Origin: Squalus acanthias
Lineage: Eukaryota
Direction: 5' to 3'
NCBI GenBank assembly: GCA_030390025.1
Contig: JASTWF010000048.1
Span: forward strand, 372,001 to 436,000
Length of the DNA stretch: 64,000 nucleotides
Part shown: positions 51,764 to 62,363 of the stretch, in pieces
Position numbering within the stretch: position 1 is the stretch's first letter
How the letters are laid out: each line of letters opens with the position of its first letter
The notes under the pieces: generated by a model
Told to the model about the DNA's origin: nothing
Database searches by the model: none
Seen by the model: the letters and a program-made list of their open reading frames with translations, nothing else
Translations under genes and position numbers: made by a program

Positions 51764-54309
51764 GGACCACGTAACGCTCAGTTGATTGAATATGTTTTGC
51801 TCGAAGACAGGATTTTGAGGAGGACATTCAATCCCCTTGCGCCTGTTATACAGGAACAGGAAGAGGTCATACATTCCGATTGCCTGTTACATAGGAGCAG
51901 GAAGTGGCAATCTGGCAATACGGCAATCGAACCAGTTACACAGCTACAGGAGAAGTCCTGGTAACTACTCGAGCCTGTTAACTAGGAAGAAGAGGAGGCC
52001 ATTGAGCCCCTCGAGCCTGACTTCCCATTCAATGAGATCATGGCTGATGTGTGTCTCAACTCAATCTAATCACCATTGCTCCATATTCCTCAATACACTT
52101 ACCCAACAAATAACTATCAATCTCAGTCTTGAAAGTTACAATTGATTCTTAGCCTGAACTCTTAATTTAACCATCTAAGCCCTATCTGNNNNNNNNNNNN
52201 NNNNNNNNNNNNNNNNNNNNNNNNNNNNNNNNNNNNNNNNNNNNNNNNNNNNNNNNNNNNNNNNNNNNNNNNNNNNNNNNNNNNNNNNNNNNNNNNNNNN
52301 NNNNNNNNNNNNNNNNNNNNNNNNNNNNNNNNNNNNNNNNNNNNNNNNNNNNNNNNNNNNNNNNNNNNNNNNNNNNNNNNNNNNNNNNNNNNNNNNNNNN
52401 NNNNNNNNNNNNNNNNNNNNNNNNNNNNNNNNNNNNNNNNNNNNNNNNNNNNNNNNNNNNNNNNNNNNNNNNNNNNNNNNNNNNNNNNNNNNNNNNNNNN
52501 NNNNNNNNNNNNNNNNNNNNNNNNNNNNNNNNNNNNNNNNNNNNNNNNNNNNNNNNNNNNNNNNNNNNNNNNNNNACCTTAGATGAATTGAATTGATTAT
52601 TCATTATTAAAGAATGCTATCTTAAAGGTTTGGATGTCATTTTCTTTAAGATATTCTCTACATTATAAGAAGTAGATGAGGCGGAGTGTTCAATGGGTTA
52701 GTAACAGAGTTGAAAGAGCGGACGGAGGAATATGGGAAGGAGTCACATGTAATTCCCTATTATTCCTCTGAATAATTCCCAGGATCAGAGGGGGTACAGA
52801 TCCCTCCCCGATTTGTCGGATTGCGGTAGTGACCAGAGATGCACAAATTTTCATAGAACCTTAGAATGATGCACCACAGATGGAGCACAGATGGAGACCA
52901 TTCGGCCCATTGTGCCTGTGCCGGCTCTTTGAAAGAGTTGTCCGATTAGTTCCACTCCCCTTCTCTTTCCCCATAGCCCTTTAAATATTCCCCTCAAGAT
53001 TTCAATGCAGTTCACTTTTGAAATTTACGATTGAACTTTCTTCCACCGCCCATTCAGACGGTGCATTCCAGACCATAACAACTCGCATAGTAAACACATA
53101 CTCCTCCTCTCCCCCTCTGTTTCTTCTGTTAATCACCTTTTATCTGCCTCCTCTCGTGACCGACCCTGCGGCCACTGGAGAGAATTTCCCCTTAATTACT
53201 CCATCAAAACCCCTTCATGATTTTGAACACCTCTATCCATACTCCCCTTAACGTTCACTGCTCTAAGTTGAAGTATCTCATACAAATAAGAAATTGTTAA
53301 TCTTAGAATCCTTAAACGTGTCACCGAGGTTTCACGCTGTGCAAAGTCGAGATGCGCCTCTAGATACGTTTATCACCGGGACACCTGCCTCATGACGGCG
53401 GTTTCAGCATCAGTTGACAGCCGTTTAGCCGCTTCTCTATCAGGCTCTAGGGGCCTTTTGATGTCTTTATCAATGATTCTGCGAATTCAACCCAGTAAAA
53501 TATTTAACCCTTAAATTCTCGTTCAGCACACCGGAACTGAAACCCGCACTGCCTGAAACAGGAGAGCACGTTGTCCCAACAATGTTGCGTGTCTTATAGA
53601 AGCACAAAATCGTACAGCACAGAAGGAGGCCATTCGGCCCATCGAGCCTGTGCCGGCTATTTGAAAGACCTACCCAACGAGACCCCTCGGTTTTCATCCC
53701 ACCCCTCTTCGACCACTCCATCATCATATCCTTCTATTCGTTCCTCCCTCACACACTTATCTACCTTCCGCTTAAATGCATTTATGCTATTTCCCTCAAC
53801 CACTCCATGTGGTTTCACGTTCTACATTCCCAGCACACATTGGGTAAAGTTATTACTCCTGAATTCTCTCTTAGATTTACTAGTGTTCATCTTGTATTTG
53901 TGACCCTTAGTTTTGGTCGGTCCTATCAATTTAGTCCAGCTATACTGGTCATTCCCCATAGACCTGTGTTCTCTTTCTTTTTCAAGTTTATATCCAATTT
54001 CCTTTTGAAAGTTATTATTGAATCTGTTTCCACTGCCCGTTCAGGCAATACATTCCAGATCATGAAAACTCTCTGTGTAATAACATTTATGTTTCCTCAT
54101 CTCCCCGCTGGTTCTTTTGCCCATTATCTTAAATCTGTGCCCTCTGGTTAACGGCCCTCTTTCCAGTGGATAAAGTTTCTCCCTATCAAGTCTATCAAAA
54201 TCATTCATAATTTGGATCACCTCTTTTAATTCGCTCCTTAACCTTCTGTGCTGTACGGTTATATGTAATAACTGAACTACCGAAGGAATGGCAAGGAGCG
54301 TGGGTTACA

Positions 54310-54323
54310 CAGGAAGTGACGTA
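54310..54323 (+). promoter_or_regulatory. ETS-CRE composite promoter element
   Basis: CAGGAAGTGACGTA upstream of the C3 leader. Confidence 0.6.
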
Positions 54324-54442
54324 AAAGTGACATTTATAACCGGATGCTTCGTATTTAATCAGATCCAATAGAGAAACTGGCTTTAAACGTGGTTTTGAGC
54401 TGCACTCGACCACACAGCGAGCCAGTGTCGAATAAATAAATC

Positions 54443-55364
54443 ATGTTTCATGAAGCTCATTATCTAACGTTGATGGTGGCACTGATCCCACGTAAGTCAA
54501 AGTAACAAATTCAAGCAGAGGTCTTTGTAGAAAAATGTACTATAATGTCAGCTCTTGTTCAGCTGGTAGAAACCTTGCCTCTGAATCAGACCTTTTGGGT
54601 TTGAGTCTTACTCATGAGACTTGAGCACAAAATCTATGCTGGCAATCCCGAGGCCAGCACTGAGGGAGTGCTGCACTTTCGGAGGGGCCATCTTTCAGAT
54701 AAGGCGTTAAACTGAGCTGCCCTCTCAGGTGGACATAAATGATGCCATTGCACTATTGGAAGAAAATCAGTGATGTTGTTGCCAGTGTCCTGGGCCAACA
54801 TTAATCCCACAACAAATACTAAAAACCTGATGTACTGGTCATTTATTTCAATGCAGTATGGGGGAGCTTGCGGTGCTCAAATTGGCTGTCTCCTTTCCGA
54901 CATTACAACAATGACTACAATTTAATATGTACTTCATTGGTTGTAAAGAGCTTTGTGAGTTTCTGAAGTCGTGAATAGAGCTTCATGAATTGAAGTTCTT
55001 TTTCTCTGTATTCCGCGCTCTAATGAATTATTGACATAAACAAGAAACTAATCGATGTTACGTTCGGCAGGAATACTCGCCTCGTACGTGGACCAGTCGC
55101 CGTCTTCCACATCGATTGGAGCAGAAGAGTCGACCACGCTCAGATGCACGCTGACGAATACTGACTTTACCAGAATGTACTGGTTCAGACAGCAACCTGA
55201 CCGGGCATTCGAAGCTCTTTTCACTTCTGTTGGAGATGGTGATGTTACTAAGTACACGACCGAGTCTTTTAAGGCGGACAGAACCAGCACTACGCTGTTT
55301 ACTTTGGAGCTGAGCGCCGCCTCTCCGTCTCACACCGCTGTCTATTACTGTGCTTGCAGTACCG
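54443..55364 (+). CDS. TRBV: TCR V segment C3, apparently functional
   Basis: Leader 54443-54491, V exon 55071-55364 open, WFRQ, ends YYCACS. Confidence 0.9.
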
Positions 55365-55403
55365 CACAGCGTTTGAGAAAGCGGCTCCCCCGCTACAAAA
55401 ACC
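55365..55403 (+). other. 23-RSS
   Basis: CACAGCG + 23 nt + ACAAAAACC. Confidence 0.92.
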
Positions 55404-55431
55404 TGCAGCGGGGAGTTCAGTGCTCCATTTC

Positions 55432-55449
55432 CGCCACCAGGTGGCAGCA
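55432..55449 (+). promoter_or_regulatory. RSS-proximal CTCF site
   Basis: CGCCACCAGGTGGCAGCA, ~29 bp after the nonamer, preceded by TTCAGTGCT (upstream-module-like). Confidence 0.82.
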
Positions 55450-55679
55450 CTAGATATTAGTTCAGTGCATCCTTTCTCCTTCAATCCTTCCCCTCCTCTA
55501 CTCTACTCACTCCTACTCCTTCCTCCCCTCGCATCCCAAATTCCCTCCTCTCCCCTCCCCTCATTAAATGGCTGTGGACAAGATGGTGAGCCGTGTCATC
55601 TGACGAGATACGTCATCCCCGCCCTGCAACAAGTAACCAATACGTGCATTTGAGGAAGAATCAGGATGAGCGGAGTGGA

Positions 55680-55752
55680 ATGGAAGAGCGGGGCTGTGGG
55701 ACCGCGTATCTTTCACTCCTGCTCCACTGTCTGAGTCTGGAGATCAGCTCTG
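55680..55752 (+). pseudogene. orphan family-B leader exon
   Basis: MEERGCGTAYLSLLLHCLSLEISS, 24 codons + 1; donor GT->AT; homologous to 3533-3604; no family-B V exon downstream. Confidence 0.6.
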
Positions 55753-56001
55753 ATCAGCGCACGTTTACCTTTCAATGCAGTTTGTTTCAAGTGAGAGAGC
55801 GAGAGAGAGCAAGAGAGTGAGTTAGTGAATGAGGGAGTGAGAAAGCCAAAGAGAAAGAGATAGAGAAAGAGAGAGAGAGAGGAAAGAGAGAAATAAAGAG
55901 TCGGAGATAGAGAAAGAGAGAGGTGGAGATAGAGAGAGAGAAAGAGAAAGCGAGTGAAAGGGAGACAGAGAGAAAGAGGGAGAGACCGGCAGAGAGACAA
56001 G

Positions 56002-56035
<34 letters not shown>

Positions 56036-56371
56036 TGACAGAGAGAGAGAGCGGGAGATGCTGAAACATATACAGCCAGACAATGAAAGTTTCAGAGAGA
56101 GATAAAGAAAGCCGGAGGAACATAGAGAGAGACACGACAGAGAGAGAGAGAATGAGAGATTGAGAGTCAGTGATAAACAGGGGGCGACATTGGCAAACAC
56201 GTCGTTTCCGATTGGTTGAACTGGAGACAGGGGGTGTACCCATCCCTTTATTGCTTCCTTATGCTTTTCATGTTTCTCTCAATGATTTGAAAAGAGCGCT
56301 TTGGCTCCTCGCAACAGTCAAAGCTCCTGCTCTCTTCCTTCCCTCAATGGAAATAAACAATGAAATAAAAG

Positions 56372-56698
56372 AAGTATCTGTTACTTGGTCTGCTGAACTT
56401 GTTTCAACTTAAGAGAGTTTTTCAAACAATAATTATAGCTTACAAACTCCATTTACTTACTTTCATTCTATCTGTCTTTCTATCTTTCGCTCTTGCTCAC
56501 TTTTTCCATTGCCCGAATGTCCCTGTTTACTGGGCTCCTCTTCTCCCAGTCTCTTTCCTGGATGTGAGCTCGCAGAATATCCGCCAGACTCCCGCCGCTG
56601 TCTCTAAATTACCTCGGGAGCGTGTGGAACTGAAATGCTCTGTGATGACTTTCAGTAACCAGAACATGTTCCGGCACAGACAATACCCGGGGAAGGCT
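56372..56698 (+). pseudogene. TRBV: TCR V segment A13, truncated relic
   Basis: ATG->AAG, donor GT->TT, acceptor AG->GG, Trp41->Arg; deletion removes CDR2, FR3 and RSS. Confidence 0.85.
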
Positions 56699-57231
56699 CC
56701 TTTCTCTAGAAAAGAGAAGACTGAGGGGTGAGCTGATAGCGAAAATTATGGAAGGGTTTCTAAAGGATCGACGTATGGAAAATGTTTCCACAAGTGGGGA
56801 AGACCAAAACTCGGGGTTATAAATTAAGATAGTCACTAATAAATCCAAATAGGGAATTCCGGAAAATCGTCTTTCCTCTGTGAAAGGCGAAAACTTTGAA
56901 CTCGCTACCACAGGGAGTGGTTGAGTCGAGTAGCAAAGATGCATTTAAGGGGAAGCTACATAAACACATGAAGGAGAAAGAATAGAAGGGTATGCTGATC
57001 GGGCACAACATCAACACGTCCTGTCAGAAGTGCTGTGCAGATTCGGTCAGCCGAGGTCACTGGATTTCAGTGGTAGGTGGAGTTGGGTCTGAGCAAAACA
57101 AATGAAAATCATCAATCCAAAAAGAAAAAAAGGATAGAAGGCGTGAAGAAAAGAGAGAAAGAGGGAAATAAAGATAGAGGTAACGAAGAAATAACTATAC
57201 AATGATTGAGAAATAGAAAGAATGACACCAA

Positions 57232-58124
57232 GATTGGTGGAGCAGTGGATGAGGTGGAGGGCTGTTGTAGGCTGCAGAGACATTGATAGGATGCAGAGCT
57301 GGGCCGAAAAATGGCAGATGGAATTTAACCCTGATAAGTGCGATGTGATTCATTTAGGTAGGGCAAATTTGAATAAGTATTACAGGGTCAACGGCAGGGT
57401 TCTGAGGAACGTGGAGGAACAGAGGGATCTGGGGGTTCATATCCACAGATCTCTGAAGGTTGCCACTCAAGTGGATAGAGCAGTAAAGAAGACCTATAGT
57501 GTGTTACCGTTTATTAACAACGGGTTTGAGTTTAAGAACCGTGAGGTTATGCTGCAACTGTACAGGACCTTGGTGAGACCACATTTGGAATATTGTGTGC
57601 AGTTCTGGTCACCTCACTATAGGAAGGACGTGGAAGCATTGGAAAGAGTGCAAAGGAGATTTACCAGGATGCTGCCTGGTTTTGGGGGGGGAGGTCTTAT
57701 GAGGAAAGATTGAGGGAGCTAGGGCTTTTCTCTTTAGAGCGGAGGAGGATGAGAGGCGATTTAATAGAGGTTTATAAGATGATGAGGGGGATAGATAGAG
57801 TGGATGGTCAGAGACTATTTCCTCGGGTGGATGTAGCTGTTACAAGGGGGCATAACTATAAGGTGCATGGGGGGAGATATAGAAGGGATGTCCGAGGTAG
57901 ATTCTTTACTCAGAGAGTGGTTGAGGTGTGGAATGGACTGCCTGCTGTGATAGTGGAGTCGGACACTTTAGGAACTTTCAAGCGGTTATTGGATAAGCAC
58001 ATGGAGCACACCAGAATGATAGGGAGTGGGATAGCTTGATCTTGCTTTCGGACAATGCTCGGCACAACATCGAGGGCCGAAGGGCCTGTATTGTGCTGTA
58101 CTGTTCTATGTTCTATATTCTATG
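57232..58124 (+). mobile_element. CR1-like LINE 3' fragment
   Basis: RT C-terminus (VRPHLEYCVQFWSPHY), (TTCTATG)n tail. Confidence 0.88.
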
Positions 58125-58241
58125 TTAAAAGGATAGAGAAAGAATGGCAGAAAGAAAGAAAGAGTGAAAGAAAGAACGAAAGAACGAAAGAAAGTGTACA
58201 AACGGGTCGTTTTTTGTCCACTGACGCTCTGTTTCTCCACA

Positions 58242-58262
58242 AGGACAGCAGAGGGCGCTGCA
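58242..58262 (+). promoter_or_regulatory. putative CTCF site
   Basis: AGGACAGCAGAGGGCGCTGC. Confidence 0.7.
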
Positions 58263-59422
58263 GGATCATGAAACACATCAGTGCCTGGAACACAGGAACA
58301 GGAGGAGGCCATTCAGCTCTTCAAGCCTGCTTCGTCATTCTACTGAATCAAAGCTGAAACTTATCTTAAATCCATGAATCCGCTTTTGCTCCCTATCTCT
58401 TGATCTACTTACGCAAGAAAAAATCTATCAATCTCGGTCTAGAAATCTCCAATTGACCGCCAACACCCGCATCGTTTTGGGGGAGAGATTTCAAGATTCT
58501 CACTGCCCTTTCTGTAAAGAAGTGCTTCCTGCCCTCACACCTGAAAGGCTTAGCTCTCACTGTAAAGTTATGCCCCGTTGTTCTGGACTCCGCCACCAGT
58601 GGACATACTTTCATTCTATCTGCCCTATCAACACCTTTTAACATGAAAAGACTAAATCAGTTCACCCCTCAATCCTCTATACTCAAGGGCATGCAAGCCT
58701 AGTCTATACAACCTGCCCTGTTATCATTCTGGTGAATCTGCCTTGCACTCCCTCCAAGGACAAAACGTCCTTCCTGAGGTGCGTTCCCCAGAACTGAACC
58801 CAGTTTGCCAGATGGAGTCTGACCAGGGCATAACTTCCTCCCTTTTGTATTCCAGCCTCCTTGACATAAAGGCCAATATTGCATTAATCTCTTTGATTCC
58901 TTTTTGCACCTCTATCCTGGCTTTTAGTGATTTGTGTACCTGGCCAACTAAATCTCTTTGCTCCTCGACAGTTTCCAGCTTCTCATCAGTTAGAAAATAC
59001 TCTGATGTTTCTTCCTCAGGCCCCCAGTGGATGACCTCATACTTGCTCACGTTCCACGTTAAACTCCACCTGCCGCTGTTTTTTTCTCATTCACGTAAGC
59101 TGTTTAGGTCGACTTTGAAACTTCCTGCTCCCGTTTGCTCTACTTACTGCCAAACAGAGAGGGAGAGGCTGGACTGTCAATCAGTGTCGGGAGCGGGACT
59201 GTGTTTCAGAGAGTGGGGCGGGTCTGTCAATCAGCATGGGAAGGGGCGGGGCTGTGAATCAGCGTAGGAGTGGAGGAGCGGTGCTGTCAATCAGAAAGGG
59301 AAGGGTCTGCATCACTTCCTTCCGCCCATCAATGAATTGAAAAGAGTGGGTTGGATCCTCACGAGACTCGAAGCTCTTGCTTTTGCTGATTTCATTTATA
59401 AAAGTAAATCTAAAAGTAAAAG

Positions 59423-59948
59423 ATGTATCTGTTACTGAGTCTCATGATCTTATTTCAGTGTAAGTGATTTTTTCACACAATAATCTTTGTTAAATAAACT
59501 TTCTTTAGCCTTTCGTTTTTCTTTCTTTCTTTCCTTCTTTCTTTCTTCGTTGTTTCCTTCATTCTCTCTTTCTCTCGCTATTTCCTTCTTTCTTTACCCA
59601 CAACCCAGAATCCCCTGTTTACTGACCTCCTCCTCTCTCCGTCTCTTTCCCAGACGTGAATTCAGAGACGGTCCGCCAGACTCCCGCCGCTCTCTCCAAT
59701 ATTCCTGGGGAGGGAGTCGAACTAAAGTGCGTGGTGGAGGGCGCCAGTAGCGGTTACATGTACTGGTACAGACAGGATCCGGGGAAGGAGCCGCAGTTGA
59801 TGTTCACTCCGCGGGTATCAATCACGTGAATCCAGAGGGGACGGTGGACCGTTTCACCGCCGAGCGACCGACTGGAAACGAGTTCAACCTGAAGTCCTCC
59901 AGCCTGCGGGCGAATCACTCGGCCGTGTATTACTGCGCCTGGAGTCTG
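59423..59948 (+). pseudogene. TRBV: TCR V segment A14, frameshifted
   Basis: Leader 59423-59459, V exon from 59654; 1-nt deletion at the CDR2 start (TTCACTCC vs TTCCACTCC). Confidence 0.82.
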
Positions 59949-59987
59949 CACAGTGACTCAGAGAGATGGAGGAGCTCAACAAAAACC
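59949..59987 (+). other. 23-RSS
   Basis: Consensus. Confidence 0.95.
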
Positions 59988-61815
59988 CCAAAGGCAGCAG
60001 GAAACACCTGTTGATGATGAAACCGCGCGGTGCCGCGTCTTGTTTGTTTTATCTTGCAGAACGAACGTGCTTTTGACAAGAATGAGAGACAGGTTAGAAT
60101 AAAAGCGAGAAATTTAGATTAAAAAAGACACTGGAGAAGCGGCAAAGAAAGATAAGTTAAATATAGTGAAGAACGATAGAACGAAAGGAAATAGAAAGAA
60201 AAAGATAGAAAGAGCAGAAGAACGAAAAAAGAAAGAAAGACAGAAAGAAAGAGAGAATGATATAAAGAAAGAAGCACGTCTGAAATGAAGAAAGAAAGGA
60301 AGAAAGATAGAAAGAAGGAAATGAAATAAAAACACTGTCTGGCTTTCACAAACTGACAATGTGTTTTCTTTCTCCACAGAGAATGAAGAGGCGCTCTAGG
60401 ACCATTAACCACACAGTTGCTTGCAATATGGTTTAATATGGAATAGAAGGAGGTCATTCAGTCCCTTTGAACCTGTTGCTTAGGAACAGGAGAATGCAAT
60501 TAAGCATCATCGAGACCGTATACACAGCTCCAGGAGTAGGCCCATTCAGCCACACGAGTCGGTTACATAGGAACAAGAGGAGGACATTCAGCCCCTCGAG
60601 TCTGCTCTGCAAGCCAATTAGATCATGGTTGAAGTGTATCTTGTTTCTGTCTAACCGCATTTTCTCCATATACTTCAATAAACTCACCCTACAAATATTT
60701 ATCAATGACAATCTTGACAGCTTCAATTGCCCCTCAGCCTCAATAGACTCTTGGAGGAGAGAGTTACATATTTCCACTACCATTGTGTGAAGAGGTAGTT
60801 TTTGACACAACGCCTGAACGACCTTACTCTAACTTTAACGTTACGCCCCCCTGTCCTGGACTCCCCCACCAGAGGAAATAGTTTTTCTCTATCTACCCTA
60901 TCAACTTATTTTAACATTTACAAAACTCAATCAGTTCGGCACTGATTTTCCTATACTTAAGGTAATATAGGCCAAGTTTTGCAACCGTTCCTCATAATTT
61001 AACCCTCTCAGTCCCGGTGAATCTACGTTGCATCCTCTCCAAGTCTAATATATCCTTCCTGAGATGCGGTACCCAGAATTGAACTCAGTACTCCAGATGA
61101 GGTCTGACCAAGTCTCTATACGACAGAAGAATAACTTCCTGCCCTTTGTATTCCAGACCCCTTGAGATAAATGACAACATCCCTTTAACATTTTTAATTT
61201 CTTTTCCCCTTGTATACCAGCATTTAGTGAATTGTTTACCTGGGCACTTCAATCCCCTTGCTTCTCCGCGATTTCGAGCTTAGCACTATTTGAAAAACAC
61301 ACTGGTCTATCTTTCTTAGGTCCCAAATGAATGGCCTCGCATTTGCCCACGTTAAATTACTTCTTCCACTGTTTTGCATGCTTACTTAATCTCTAATACT
61401 CTGATGTTTCTTCTTTAGGCCCCCAATGGATGATCTGTTACTTGCCCATGTTAAACTCTACATTCCGCCTGTTTTTTTCTCATTCACGGAAGTTGTTTAG
61501 GTCAACTTTGCAACTTCCTGCTCCCGTCTGCTCAACTTACTGCCAAACAGAGAGGGAGGGGCTGGACTGTCAATCAGTGTGGGGGCAGGATTATGTGTCA
61601 GAGAGTGAGGGCGGGTCTGTCAATCAACGTGTTAAGGGGCGGGGCTGTAAATCAGCCTGGGAGTGGAGGAGCGGTGCTCTCAATCAGAGAGGGAGGGTCC
61701 AGCATCACTTCCTTCCGCACGTCAATGATTTGAAAAGCGCGGGTTGGATCCTCACGAGACTCAACGGTCTTGTTTTTGCTGATTTCATTTTTAACAGTAA
61801 ATTTTAAAGTAAAAG

Positions 61816-62324
61816 ATGACTCTGATACAGTGTCTCATGATCTTATTTCAATGTAAGGGATTTTTTCACGCAATAATCTTTGTTAATAACCTTTCTTTAG
61901 TCTTTATTTCTTTCTTTCCTTCATTATTTCCTTCATTCTTTCTTTCTCTCGCTCTTTACTTCTTTCTTTTACCACATTCCAGAATGCTCCTGTTTACTGA
62001 CCTCCTCCTTTCCCCGTCTCTTCCCCAGACGTGAACTCAGAGACGGTCCGCCAGACTCCCGCCGCTCTCTCCAATATTCCTGGGGAGGAATTGGAAGTAA
62101 ATTGCGACGTGGAGGGCGCCAGCAGCGGTACCATGTCCTGGTACAGACAGGAGCCGGGGAAGGGGCCGCAGTTGATATTTAACTCCAGGGCTAACAATCA
62201 CGTGGATCCAGAGGGGATGATGGACGGTTTCACCGCCGAGCGACCGAATGGCAACGAGTTCAACCTGATGTCCTCCAGCCTGCAGGCGAATCACTCGGCC
62301 TTGTATTACTGCGCCTGGAGTCTT
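61816..62324 (+). CDS. TRBV: TCR V segment A15, apparently functional
   Basis: Leader 61816-61852 (MTLIQCLMILFQ), V exon 62029-62324 open, ends YYCAWS. Confidence 0.88.
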
Positions 62325-62363
62325 CACAGTGACTCAGAGAGATGGAGGAGCTCAACAAAAACC
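62325..62363 (+). other. 23-RSS
   Basis: Consensus. Confidence 0.95.

Noticed and set aside
197-62363. IgH, IgNAR or NAR-TCR interpretation
   Set aside because: Translocon-type V array with no interspersed D/J/C, no octamer noticed, WYRQ/FTAER/CAWS features; each V has its own leader, with no leaderless supporting V carrying a CDR1 Cys
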